Assembly: GCA_050014435.1 (NCBI GenBank)
Contig: JBEKDI010000058.1
Span: 134-64,133 of the forward strand
Origin: Verrucomicrobiota bacterium
GTDB lineage: Bacteria > Verrucomicrobiota > Verrucomicrobiia > Limisphaerales > Palsa-1400
Direction: 5' to 3'
Length of the DNA: 64,000 nt
The notes below the pieces were generated by a model that ran no database searches, was not told the origin of the DNA, and worked only from the letters and a program-made list of their open reading frames with translations. Shown here one piece after another: positions 15,237 to 27,179 of this stretch; within the stretch, counting starts at the first letter, position 1; each line of letters begins with the position of its first letter. The translations under genes and the position numbers were made by a program.

Positions 15237-16775
15237 TCATGGCTCTAAACCCTCTATGAGGATGAAATGATTGCCGCTTTTGCTCCAGACCCGCAACAGC
15301 GTGCGCTTCTCCTTGGCATTTTGCGTCAATCGCAACGCCTCCCCATCGTTCTGGACTTCCTGGCGATTGATAGATTGAATAACATCCCCGGGTCGGAGAC
15401 CTGCTTGCGCGGCCGCTGAAGCAGCGTAGAGATCGAACACGACCGCCCCCTGCACCTCGCTGGGAATTTCGAGCTGCTGCCTGAGTTCGCTGTTGAGCTC
15501 ACCTATAAATACGCCCTGTAGCGTGCCGGGATTCCTTTCATGGGCAGCCAGACCCACTTTCGCGTGGAAGGTCTTACTAGATGGATTGCCGATGGTGACC
15601 CGAAGCGGTTTAGACGAGCCGTCGCGCACAACCTCAACCGGGACGATCTGACCAGGCTTGGCTTCTGCCACCGAGAGCATCAACTGACGCGCGTCAAGCG
15701 CCTCCCTGCCGTCGAACCGCGAAATCACATCCCCGACTTTGATCCCGGCCTGCTCGGCAGGTCCGTTCGGCGAAACACCGCCCACCAGCACACCGGTGGC
15801 ATTTTGAAGCTTGAACTCTGTGGCGAGCTCGGGCGTCAGGTCCTGAGCATCGACCCCGAGATAGCCGCGGACCACATACCCATATTTCACCAGGTCCGTC
15901 ATCACTTTGTGTGCAAGCTCCGACGGAACGGCAAAGCCGATGCCCAGGTTCCCACCAGAGCTGCTGAGGATGGCGGTGTTGATGCCGATGAGGTGCCCGG
16001 TGACATCCACCAACGCTCCACCCGAGTTGCCGGGGTTAATGGGGGCGTCCGTTTGGATGAAGCTCTCATAATCCTCGATTCCCATGCCGCCACGGTCAGT
16101 CGCGCTGACGATCCCGTGCGTCACAGTTTGACCTACCCCAAACGGATTGCCAATCGCCAGCACCAGATCGCCCACCTGCACCTTCCGGCTGTCAGCCAGC
16201 GGGACTGAGGGCAGGTTGTGGGCGTCGATCTTGATGACCGCGATGTCGCTCTTGGGGTCAAGTCCAATCAACTTGGCTTTGAACTCGCGTCCGTCCTGCA
16301 GGGTTACCTCGACCTCTGTTGCTCCATTTACCAGATGGCTGTTGGTCAGGATATAACCGTCCTCAGTCACGATCACCCCGGACCCAAGCCCGCCCTCCAC
16401 CAGGCGGGCAGAGCGCAGGCGGGGGACCTTTCCCAAAGAGTAACGCGAGAGAGGATTCTCCATGCCGCCTGCCAGGTTAGCAACGCTATCGGATTTCAGC
16501 GCGGTGACAATTCTCACCACAGCGGGTGAAACCCTTTTGACGGTCGGTGCGAAGGTTTCGAATGTCCCATCGAAACGCTGCGCTGGAAGTTCATTAACTG
16601 ACTGGTTGAGCGTCTCGCCGCACTGCCCGGCCCCGGTTGTGGGATCCAGTTGGCCCCCCAGGACCAATGTCGCGTTCACGAGGACGATGCCTAACGTCAG
16701 CAGCAATTCTGGTCTGTGAATCTGTATACTCATATCTTTCATTGTGGTCCGTCTCATGCCGTCTAAAGTCTTCAT
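15237..16775 (-). CDS. htrA: HtrA/DegP-family periplasmic serine protease with two PDZ domains
   Basis: TNSHLV, D(I)AVIK and GNSGGAL form the catalytic triad context. Two PDZ-like segments follow. The start is uncertain (16775 or 16742; the listed ORF extends to 16889). Confidence 0.9.
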   Translation of the reverse strand: MKTLDGMRRTTMKDMSIQIHRPELLLTLGIVLVNATLVLGGQLDPTTGAGQCGETLNQSVNELPAQRFDGTFETFAPTVKRVSPAVVRIVTALKSDSVANLAGGMENPLSRYSLGKVPRLRSARLVEGGLGSGVIVTEDGYILTNSHLVNGATEVEVTLQDGREFKAKLIGLDPKSDIAVIKIDAHNLPSVPLADSRKVQVGDLVLAIGNPFGVGQTVTHGIVSATDRGGMGIEDYESFIQTDAPINPGNSGGALVDVTGHLIGINTAILSSSGGNLGIGFAVPSELAHKVMTDLVKYGYVVRGYLGVDAQDLTPELATEFKLQNATGVLVGGVSPNGPAEQAGIKVGDVISRFDGREALDARQLMLSVAEAKPGQIVPVEVVRDGSSKPLRVTIGNPSSKTFHAKVGLAAHERNPGTLQGVFIGELNSELRQQLEIPSEVQGAVVFDLYAASAAAQAGLRPGDVIQSINRQEVQNDGEALRLTQNAKEKRTLLRVWSKSGNHFILIEGLEP

Positions 16776-17004
16776 TTTTACGACACGTCCGGGTCGTGGT
16801 TGAAGGCTTAAACATTTTCTGTGCCACCTTTGGGTAATGCGCCGTTTCCGTTGCGGTTGCGCCATTTGTGCAACTTCCCGCATGGCCATTTCTGCGCGGA
16901 ACCCCTATGAATTTTCGTGCATTCGGAAATTCGTGTGCCATCTCCGGCACGGTGTCCGGCAAGCAAGTCCTTGGGAATGATTGGCTTGCGTGCCCTTTTA
17001 GGCG

Positions 17005-17790
17005 TTGGCACGCGATCTGATTATGGAACCTCGATTGTGGGATGCGGGAAAGAATATGATTAAATTTCAAACTACTACTGTGCATGGGCGGTCGTGCTTC
17101 GCCAGGGACCGCAGGTTCGGGCTGCGGGTATCCGCTGGCCGGTTCCTTGCGGTCTTGGTGCTTATGCTGGTCGCTACACCTTTTGTTGAGGGCTTGAAGC
17201 AAGGCCAGCTCTACGAAGCGGTGCTGTTTACGGTGGTGATGTGCACGGGTTTAATCGCCAGTGGTTCCCGCCGAAGACTGGCATTTGCGCTGGTGAGCTT
17301 CGCGCTCGCCGCTATATGGCTGAACCAACTCTGGCCCAGGGCCTGCCCAGCACTGACATTTATTTTGCCGGGAATGGCATTTCTTGTCGTAGTCACAGTG
17401 TCCCTGTTGCGGTTTGTTCTTCGAGCCAAACATGTCGATGCGGAGGTACTGTGTGCCGGCATTTCTGTTTATCTAATCTTGGGATTGCTCTGGGGTCTGG
17501 CCTACACGTTGGTGGCGCAAGTGAACCCCAACGCGTTCTCCTTCAGCACCCCCTCGGGAACGGCGGCCACGATGAGCGGTTTCACTTCCATCTATTTCAG
17601 TTTCATAACCTTGGCGACGCTTGGGTACGGTGACATCACCCCCGCTACTAATGTCGCGCGGATGCTGGCTATGCTCGAGGCGATGACCGGCACGCTCTTC
17701 GTCGGTGTCATGATCGCCCGCCTGGTTTCCCTCTACTCCGGCTCGGGACAGAGTCAGACGCCGGACCACGACGAAGGCAAGAGCAACTAG
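17005..17790 (+). CDS. Potassium channel family protein
   Basis: The selectivity filter TLATLGYGD is flanked by TM helices, and no RCK or ligand domain is present. The listed start is a TTG; ATGs at 17023 and 17056 are alternatives. Confidence 0.8.
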   Translation: MARDLIMEPRLWDAGKNMIKFQTTTVHGRSCFARDRRFGLRVSAGRFLAVLVLMLVATPFVEGLKQGQLYEAVLFTVVMCTGLIASGSRRRLAFALVSFALAAIWLNQLWPRACPALTFILPGMAFLVVVTVSLLRFVLRAKHVDAEVLCAGISVYLILGLLWGLAYTLVAQVNPNAFSFSTPSGTAATMSGFTSIYFSFITLATLGYGDITPATNVARMLAMLEAMTGTLFVGVMIARLVSLYSGSGQSQTPDHDEGKSN

Positions 17791-17803
17791 AGGTAATCTT
17801 CAG

Positions 17804-18931
17804 TTACGATTCACCAAATCGCTTTGCACAGATTTCGAGGAGAGCGCTCGTAACCGTGAGGATCACCGGCCCAAGGACGAGTCCACTCCAGCCAAAGAGG
17901 AGGAGGCCGCCCACGAGGGCGACGAAGATACTTACCGTGGGAACCCTCAACCGGTCATGCACCAGGACCGGATAGAGAAAATTCTCTATCGCGCGGACCA
18001 GCAGACTGCCCAGGGCAGCGACGCCGAGAGCTTCCCCCCACCTGCCCTCCAGTCCGAGATAAACCGCTGCCGGGAGCCAAAGGACAAATGTATCCACCAC
18101 CGGCACAAATGCGAATACCGCCGCTACTAGAGCCCAGAACCATGGCGAAGGAACCCCCAGCCACCAAAACATCAGCCCACCGAGCACACCCTGGAGCGCC
18201 GAGAGCGCGACCATGCCGTAAAGGGTCGCATGAATCGTGTCATTGACCCGGCAAAAGAGAGTGTCGGTCTCGCTCTCGCCCAAGGGCATGAACGAACGGA
18301 CTGCCTTGAGCACGCGAAATCGATCGCGCAGAAAATAGAATAAAAAATACAACGTCAGGCAGACTTGAAGGGCCGCGATGGCTGATTCCTTTACCAGCCT
18401 GGAGAGGATGGTTTTCAACCAGGTCGTGGCCATCGAGTCGTTTTCCGGCGAACTAACCTGCCGTTCAATCAAAGCTAGAAAGTGAGCCAATTGCGGATGT
18501 TGGCTGCCAAGCGTGTGCCACTTACCGGCTGCGATTTGTTTTTGGATGTTTTCTGGGACCGAGGTGGCCTGATCCGCGAGCTCTTGGGCAAACCATGCCG
18601 CTGGGGCCACGACGAGCGATCCAATGATAACCAGAGAGAACGCCGCCGCCAAGTTCGGCCTTCTCACCCTGGCCTCGATCCATCGATGCAATGGAGTGAA
18701 GACCACTGCCAGCGCGCCAGCCCAGACCAGGGATGGAATGCAAGGCTGGGCCAAGCGGTAGCATAAGTAGATGCCAGCCGCCGCGAGCAGTGCTAACGCA
18801 ATCGCCCGAATGCGAGTGCGAGACCACCCTCCATTCTCGCTCATGGAGGTTTCGTTTGAACTGATCTGTTTCACGTTCAGACGGGAGTGATCTTCGGAAG
18901 TCTCATTCTTACGATCAGTGCAGGTCGTCAT
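17804..18931 (-). CDS. AI-2E family transporter (PerM/YhhT, UPF0118)
   Basis: 375 aa with multiple TM helices and the conserved C-terminal region typical of the family. Met30 (18844) is an alternative start. Confidence 0.85.
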   Translation of the reverse strand: MTTCTDRKNETSEDHSRLNVKQISSNETSMSENGGWSRTRIRAIALALLAAAGIYLCYRLAQPCIPSLVWAGALAVVFTPLHRWIEARVRRPNLAAAFSLVIIGSLVVAPAAWFAQELADQATSVPENIQKQIAAGKWHTLGSQHPQLAHFLALIERQVSSPENDSMATTWLKTILSRLVKESAIAALQVCLTLYFLFYFLRDRFRVLKAVRSFMPLGESETDTLFCRVNDTIHATLYGMVALSALQGVLGGLMFWWLGVPSPWFWALVAAVFAFVPVVDTFVLWLPAAVYLGLEGRWGEALGVAALGSLLVRAIENFLYPVLVHDRLRVPTVSIFVALVGGLLLFGWSGLVLGPVILTVTSALLEICAKRFGES

Positions 18932-18942
18932 GGAAGATCCTA

Positions 18943-18958
18943 TGCATCTTCCGTGCCA
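18943..18958 (-). promoter_or_regulatory. Sigma-54 (-24/-12) promoter candidate upstream of the AI-2E transporter gene
   Basis: The minus strand reads TGGCACG-GAAG-ATGCA against the consensus TGGCACG-N4-TTGCW, with correct GG/GC spacing. It is intergenic, correctly oriented, and directly downstream of a sigma-54 activator gene. Confidence 0.6.
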
Positions 18959-19071
18959 GGTATGGAGAATTCGCCGTTTCCCTTGCTGGCGGGACAGTTA
19001 TGTGGATTCCCCCCTTCGGAATGTCCATACAGAACTCACGCGAGTTTTCGTAGGTTCAAAAAATCGCAGAG

Positions 19072-20642
<1,571 letters not shown>

Positions 20643-20646
<4 letters not shown>

Positions 20647-23579
20647 AACGTCTGTCCGCCTTGAGGATGCACCTCTTTCAGCAATTTCAAAAGCCTTCGG
20701 TAGTCAAGCTGCGTGGTTAGCGTGTTCAAAGCCCGGCCCAGCGAAGCATCCCGCTCGGTGACCTGTCGGATGAGGGCCTGCGTGCGAGCCGTGTCCAGTT
20801 CGACGACGGCCTGACGCAACTCCCGAAGCAGTTCCGTAGGCAGCCCCTCCAAGTGTTCCTGGCGAAGGGCAAGCCCCAGCGCCTCCGGCGTGCTTTCCGC
20901 CCCCGGCGCCTTTTCGTAAACGAACTTCAGGAGCAGGTGCCGAGCCAAGGCGTCGAAGATTTCTTGTTCGCGAAACGGCTTGCGCACAAAATCGTCGCAA
21001 CCGGCTGCCATGATTGCGCTTCTCTCTTCCTCCAGCGCGTGAGCCGTAAGCGCGATGATTTTGGTATCAGCGCCGGCCTTGGCCGCCCGAATCCGCCGGA
21101 CGGCTTCCATGCCGTCCATGACCGGCATGCGGACATCCATCCAGATCAGGTCCGGACGCAGTTGTTCAAACAGTGCCACTGCTTCCTTTCCGTTAATGGC
21201 CTCGCGCAGATCAAAGCCAAACGGTTCCAGGAGCCTTCGGAGCAGGAGGCGGTTCTCGGCCTGGTCTTCGACAATCAGCAGCCGGTAACGGGGCTGCCCC
21301 TCGGCCAATCCCAAAATGCGCCCGTGCTTCGATTCTTCCGGCTCCGCCACCGACGGAAGGACGCTCACTGGGATGCTGAAATAAAACACCGATCCCTTGC
21401 CTGGCTCGCTGGTAATGCCAATCTGACCGCCCATGAGCTCGACGTATTGCTTGCAGATGGCCAAACCCAATCCGGTTCCGGCTTGCGCGGAAGCCCGGCT
21501 GCCTTGCACGAAGGGAAGGAAGATACGCTGGCAATCCTGCTGGCTTATGCCTGGCCCGGAATCTTCAACCTCAAACCGTACTTGAGCTCTTTCAGGTGCG
21601 TCGCGGCTGATGAGCGCGGCACGGAGCTTTACCCCGCCTGAATCAGTGTACTTGATGGCGTTACCGACCAGATTCAGCAGCACCTGGCGCAGCTTGCCCG
21701 CGTCCACGGCAACAAACCGGGGCAGATCCGGAGCACGCTCCAAAGTGAAACGGAGTCCCTTTTCCGCGGCCCCGACCCCCATCAGCGACTGCATTTCGTG
21801 CAGTAACTGGTGCAACTCAACTTTGGACTCCTCCAGTACCACTCGACCAGACTCGATCTTGGCCATGTCCAGGACATTGTTAATTAAGTTCAGCAGGTGC
21901 TCGCCGCTGCGGACAATGATGTCCAGCGCCTCCTGCTGGCGCGGCGTCACGTCCGGACCGCTTTTGAGTAGTCGGGAAAAGCCGAGCACGGCGTTGAGGG
22001 GGGTCCGCAACTCATGGCTCATGTTGGCCAGAAACCGGCTCTTCTCGCGATTGGCGGCTTCGGCCCGGGCCTTGGCTTCAGCCAACTGTTCCGTTCGCTC
22101 CTCCACCAGTTCCTCGAGGTGCTCCCGGTGTTTACGCAGCTCGTCCTCAGCCAGCTTGCGTTCCGTCACATCTATCGCGGTGCCAACATACTGAGCAAGC
22201 TGTCCATTTTCATCGAGAACCGGATGGCCGATCGCATGGATGTGTTTGACTGACCCATCCGGCAGCACAATCCGGTGTTCATGCTCGTAATCTGATGCTC
22301 GATGCGCCATGTTCAGCAGGAGCTCGTAGGCGCGGTCGCGATCCTCCGGGTGGATGCGTTCCCTGAACACTTCGTTTGTTGGCACACCTTGCTGAGGATC
22401 CAACGCGAAAATTCGGAACATTTCCTCGGACCAATAAAGCGACTGGAGAGTAATGGGGCTCCAGGCCCAACTGCCCGTGTGGCTCAGTCGCTGCCCTTCC
22501 ACAAGATAAGCCTCACTTCTCCGCAGTGCCTCCCCAGCCCGCTTGCGCTCGGTGATGTCCGTCAGCATGGCGAACGAGCCTATGAAACGATGCTCGGCAT
22601 CAAACATCGACGTGGCCGAAACATACATCCATACGGTGCTGCCATCCTGGCGGCGGTATCTCTGCTCATAGCGCTCGGTTAGCCCCTGGCGACGGGCTGC
22701 TATTCTCGCTGCCATCTTGGCTTGGTCGTCATCAAACAGAAACTCATGGAGCTTCCTGCCCACCATCTCCTTTGGTTCATACCCAAGCATTTCCGCCATG
22801 CACCGGTTCACCAGCGTGGTTACGTATTGCTCATCGAGTTCCCAAATGCCCTCGGACGCTGTATCCACGAGCCGGCGATACCGCTGTTCGCTGTCCCTAA
22901 GTTCCTGCTCCGTTTCTTTGCGCTCAGCGAGTTCCCCCTCTAGCGTTTGGTTGGCTTGCTCGAGGCGTTTGCCTGCCACGCAGATTTCCTCAAAAGCGCG
23001 CGCGTTGGCAATAGCGGCCCCCATGTGGTCGGCGAAAATCTGTACCCAAGGCCGGCTAACTTCCGGCACATGCTCGCGAGTAAAACCCACAAGGGCTCCC
23101 AGAACCTCTCCTTTGAAGCGGATAGGGCTAATGGCGAAGCAGCGGATGCCCTCTTCGCGTAACCAATCAAAGCCGGCGATGGAAATCGGCTCCTGGTCCG
23201 ACTTCGTTACCAGTCCTTGCTGACCGCTGGCCACCGCCTCTCCCAGCGGGCCGAAATTCAGTGGCACGCGAGCATTGAGATCCTCGTACTCCCGCGACCC
23301 CTTTCCCTGAGGCAGAATCGATCTGCCTTTTCCCGCTACCAAGTGCAGGCAGCGGGATTGGTCAGCACATTCAGCCCGGTATTTGCAGGTCGCGCACAGG
23401 TCACCTTTTTCGAGTAACCAGACCTGAGTAAATACATATTCCGTGCGCTCTGACCCGTGTTCGACGATTTTTTTCAGGAGCGGCTCCAGCGAATGCTCGT
23501 GGGCAATCTCCAAAAGCAATTGGGCCGCCAGATGCGGATCAAATCGTTTGTCGCTGCGTGTGTCGCTGGTCGGTTCCAT
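20643..23579 (-). CDS. Hybrid sensor histidine kinase (GAF, PAS x2, HisKA, HATPase_c, REC, C-terminal helical domain)
   Basis: 978 aa. The H-box is SHELRTPLN, the G-box is GTGLGLAICK, and the receiver has DLIWMDVRMPVMDG. The PAS-like segments carry typical motifs. Confidence 0.9.
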
Positions 23580-23583
23580 AAAC

Positions 23584-26544
23584 CTATTTTTGTGGTGCGG
23601 GAGGCGGCGCTTGCGGAATCAAGCCGTCGGCCTCCTGGAGCAGAAGGCGGGCGAAGACCCACTCGCGCCAGTTCCATGAATCAAAGCTGCAGTTCTGGCC
23701 CGTTTGGGCGATGGCTCTCGCCTTGTCAAGCTCTGAACGCGCAGCCGCATCTTCTCCAAGTTTGTGGAAAGACATGGCTAGAATGACCCGATTCGCGACG
23801 GTCGGCATGGCGACATAAGTGCAGGCCACCAGGCTTTGTCGGCACCACCCCATCGCTTTGGCGTAATTACCGCGTCTGTATTCCAGGAGCCCGAGCAACA
23901 TTAGGTGCCATGTGGCGGGCGTAACTACTCCCTCTTTCATCGGCCCGGCGCTGGCCGCGGCACGGCCCAGCAGTTGGGCAAAGGGCTCCAGGGCCGCGAT
24001 GGAATTGTCATCGGTAGGTCGGAGCAGACCTGCTTTCATTACATACGCGGCGCTGTCTAAATTAGTTGTACCTTTGAATCGGCTGATGGCCTCGTCACGC
24101 AAGCTCGCAAAGCCTTTTTCGTCACCCAGCTTTAGCAAAGCCAATGCAGTGTGCAGGTAAGCAACAGCCTCGGCGCCTATGCCCGACGGAGCAAGTCGAT
24201 GAACATCCTCGAACCGGTTGAGCGCCTGCTGCCATTCACCGCGTATGGCTTGCCACTCGCCCAGCTCGCGATAGAGATCTGTGCGGATTTCCCCAGAAGA
24301 GCTTTTGGATTTGGACATCGAATCCAGAGTGCGATCGCTCTGCGCCAACAGCTCATCACACTCGCGCCTTAGGATATCCGCAATGATCCAATCGTCCCAG
24401 GAACCCTCAAGATCGTCCGGCACCCCTGGGAATATTGTGAAAGGGGTACTCCCGAAATCGAGGCCTTGCTGCGACTTGGCTTGGATCAACTCGGAAGCTG
24501 TAGTCCAATCCACCACCCCCGCCTGGTAATAGCCGAGCCGCCAATCCGACATAGCCTTTATTGCGGATGCAGTGGTGATTCGCGCGGCGCTGTACGCGGG
24601 GTGAGTCCGGCAGCGATCACACCAAGCCAGAGCCGCAGAAAAATTTCCCCGCCGATACTCCAGCAGTCCCAAGACCTCCAACCATTCCGCGGAACGAGGC
24701 GAGTTTGGGCGCATCTCTGTGTCAATTGGAATTCTCTTTTCGATAAGCTCTCCCCCGAGAGCAAACAACTGCATCATGTTCGTATCGGGTGGCAGCAGCA
24801 AACCGACTTTGAAGGTTCGGTAATCTGAGGCGATGTTGGTCAGGCCCAGCCTGGCTACTTCGGTCTGGCGGAATTGCTCATAACCCTTCCGGTTTTCCGA
24901 CTTGAGGAACGCGGCCGCCAGCTTTAATTGATCCTCGGAAATCAGGTCCGAGGCATCGAATTGGTTCACTTGGATTAGTGATTCGAACCGCGCAGCCGCT
25001 TCGGGCCATCGGCCATTGGCGGCGTGCCAGTCCCCCAATGCCCGCAATTCCGTAGAAACCTCAGTTGAGGGCTTGTTTAGAGGGAGATTGGTCACAAGCT
25101 TATCGGCCTCCTCAAAACGACGTTGTGTGACCAGCAGCGCCACTCGAGACGCGTTTTCTCGCAATTCAGCCTCTCTCCTCAGCCGCGCTTCGGAACTTCG
25201 GGCCTCCCGCTCTTTAAAGAACATCAGGGTCGAAATAATCGTGCCCACGAGCAGAGCCGTGACGGCCGCTGCTCCAAACAGGAACACAACTCGGTTTCTT
25301 CGGACGAGCTTTTGCAGCCGATATAACCGGCTGGGTGGACGTGCGAGAACGGCCTCCTCATCCAAGTAGCGCTGTATGTCCATTGCCAAGGCGTTGGCCC
25401 CCTCATAACGGCGGGTGCGGTCCTTCTCCAGGCACTTCAACACAATCCAGTCCAAATCACCGTGGAGTTGAGACACGAGCCGGGGAGGCTCTATGCGCCG
25501 CATCCTTGCCGTTTTGGTCAGTTCCTCATTGTTTAGCGTTTGGAGTTTTGCCGATGGGCTCAACGGCTCCCGTTCACACACCGTGCGCCTCAGTTCCTCC
25601 ACCCCCAATTTCAATAAATCCGCAGTGTCAAATGGGGTGCGACCCGTCAGGAGTTCGTAGAGCAATACCCCCAGGGAGTAAATGTCACTGCGGGTGTCCA
25701 GGTTCAACCCGCTCAACTCCATCTGTTCGGGGCTCATGTAGGCAGGGGTGCCCATCAATTGGGCATACGAGGTGAAGAGCGTCTTGTCCGTCAGGCGTTG
25801 CTCGGTGGCTTTGGCGATCCCAAAATCGATCACCTTGGGAACCGGGACCCCATCATGCATGGTGACCATGATGTTGGAGGGCTTGAGGTCGCGATGGATA
25901 ATTCCCTTTTGATGGGCATGCTGGACCGCGTTGCAGACCTGGATGAACAACTTCAGCCGCTCCTGCATGCTGACGCGGTTCTGGTCGCAGTAGTCTGTGA
26001 TTTTGACGCCATAGACCAATTCCATGACAAAGTACGGCCGGCCGGTCTCGGTGGCTCCGGCATCCAAAACCCGCGCAATATTGGGATGATCCATCAGGGC
26101 GAGTGCCTGACGCTCGGCTTCGAACCGAGCGATCACATTCTTCGTATCCATCCCCAGCTTGATAATCTTCAGGGCCACGCGGCGGCGAATCGGTTGTTCC
26201 TGCTCCGCCATATAGACCACTCCGCAACCTCCTTCCCCAAGCTTCTGGAGTAACTTGTAAGGGCCAATGCGGCTGCTTTCGAGGGGTTCAGCCTCCACCG
26301 CCGATTCAGCCGCCGAAAGCATGTGGGCCGGATCCGTTTCAGCCGCTGCCGCTGCCAGGGCGGGGGAACACTCAGTGAAGAAATCGACTGCGGGTTGGGA
26401 AAGCGCCAGCAAACTCTCGACTCGTTCGCGCAATGCCTTGTCGGCGCCGCAAGCCTGGTCGAGGAACTGACGGCGTTGCTCCGGGTCCGTGATTTCCACT
26501 GCCTGGCAAAACACCGCCTTTTCGCGTGGGACTCGGGTACTCAT
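23584..26544 (-). CDS. Ser/Thr protein kinase with a TM segment and long TPR-like C-terminal region
   Basis: Hanks-kinase motifs are present: GEGGCGVVY, VALK, HRDLKPSN, DFGIA, GTPAYMSPE. The N-terminal helical segment is typical of ECF-linked kinases. Confidence 0.9.
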   Translation of the reverse strand: MSTRVPREKAVFCQAVEITDPEQRRQFLDQACGADKALRERVESLLALSQPAVDFFTECSPALAAAAAETDPAHMLSAAESAVEAEPLESSRIGPYKLLQKLGEGGCGVVYMAEQEQPIRRRVALKIIKLGMDTKNVIARFEAERQALALMDHPNIARVLDAGATETGRPYFVMELVYGVKITDYCDQNRVSMQERLKLFIQVCNAVQHAHQKGIIHRDLKPSNIMVTMHDGVPVPKVIDFGIAKATEQRLTDKTLFTSYAQLMGTPAYMSPEQMELSGLNLDTRSDIYSLGVLLYELLTGRTPFDTADLLKLGVEELRRTVCEREPLSPSAKLQTLNNEELTKTARMRRIEPPRLVSQLHGDLDWIVLKCLEKDRTRRYEGANALAMDIQRYLDEEAVLARPPSRLYRLQKLVRRNRVVFLFGAAAVTALLVGTIISTLMFFKEREARSSEARLRREAELRENASRVALLVTQRRFEEADKLVTNLPLNKPSTEVSTELRALGDWHAANGRWPEAAARFESLIQVNQFDASDLISEDQLKLAAAFLKSENRKGYEQFRQTEVARLGLTNIASDYRTFKVGLLLPPDTNMMQLFALGGELIEKRIPIDTEMRPNSPRSAEWLEVLGLLEYRRGNFSAALAWCDRCRTHPAYSAARITTASAIKAMSDWRLGYYQAGVVDWTTASELIQAKSQQGLDFGSTPFTIFPGVPDDLEGSWDDWIIADILRRECDELLAQSDRTLDSMSKSKSSSGEIRTDLYRELGEWQAIRGEWQQALNRFEDVHRLAPSGIGAEAVAYLHTALALLKLGDEKGFASLRDEAISRFKGTTNLDSAAYVMKAGLLRPTDDNSIAALEPFAQLLGRAAASAGPMKEGVVTPATWHLMLLGLLEYRRGNYAKAMGWCRQSLVACTYVAMPTVANRVILAMSFHKLGEDAAARSELDKARAIAQTGQNCSFDSWNWREWVFARLLLQEADGLIPQAPPPAPQK

Positions 26545-26612
26545 TTGTCCATTTATCTCTTATGCGACAAACGCGGGCCACTTTCGCCAAAATGTTCCAG
26601 AATTTTCGGCGT

Positions 26613-27179
26613 TCATATGTGCTCGCTAATGTAGCGAAACAGCCAGGCCCTGGCGTACGCCCACTCCCGGTCCAGCGTACGAGGCGCAAGCCCCAGAGTC
26701 TCAGCGATTTCCTCATTGCTCAAGCCCCCGAAGAATTTCAGCACGACAATGCGCTCCAGTTCGGGATCTTCTTCCTTGAGGCGCACCAGCGCTTCGTCAA
26801 CCAGCAAAACCTTGTCGTCAGGGGTCGTCTGAGCCAGTTCCAAATCCTCGATGTTCAGCCGCGCCTGACCGCCCCCATGTTTGAGCCGGGATTTGTGGCG
26901 TGCCCGCTCGATCAAGATGCGGCGCATCGCCTCAGCGGCGGCGCCGAAAAAATGGGCGCGATTTTGCCAGGTTCGGTCTCCGTCCGACACCAGCCGCAAC
27001 CAGGCCTCATGCACCAACGCTGTCGGTTGAAGCGTTTGGCCGGACATCTCATGCGCCATTCGCGCGGCCGCCAACCGCCTCAATTCGGCATAGACCAACG
27101 GAAGCAGCTTTTCGGACGCGCCTGCTTCACTCCGACCCATTGCATGCAGAACCTGCGTAATTTCAGCAGTTTCAGCCAT
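26613..27179 (-). CDS. ECF-type sigma-70 family factor (TIGR02999-like clade)
   Basis: The start is at MAETAEITQVL.... LLPLVYAELRRLA...TLQPTALVHEAWLRL is characteristic of this clade. Region 4 reads LSNEEIAETLGLAPRTLDREW. Confidence 0.9.
   Translation of the reverse strand: MAETAEITQVLHAMGRSEAGASEKLLPLVYAELRRLAAARMAHEMSGQTLQPTALVHEAWLRLVSDGDRTWQNRAHFFGAAAEAMRRILIERARHKSRLKHGGGQARLNIEDLELAQTTPDDKVLLVDEALVRLKEEDPELERIVVLKFFGGLSNEEIAETLGLAPRTLDREWAYARAWLFRYISEHI

Noticed and set aside
16811-16826. TGGCAC-AGAAA-ATGTT on the minus strand, ~35 nt upstream of a candidate htrA start.
   Set aside because: The spacing is right but the nearly invariant -12 GC is GT. It might be a weak site but cannot be supported from sequence alone.
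19006-19013. The 8-mer ATTCCGAA occurs upstream of both sigma-54 promoter candidates (here on the minus strand, and at 52205-52212 on the plus strand).
   Set aside because: A shared 8-mer between two ~150-nt regions is about as likely as not by chance. The surrounding repeat structures also differ, so I mention it only as something to test.
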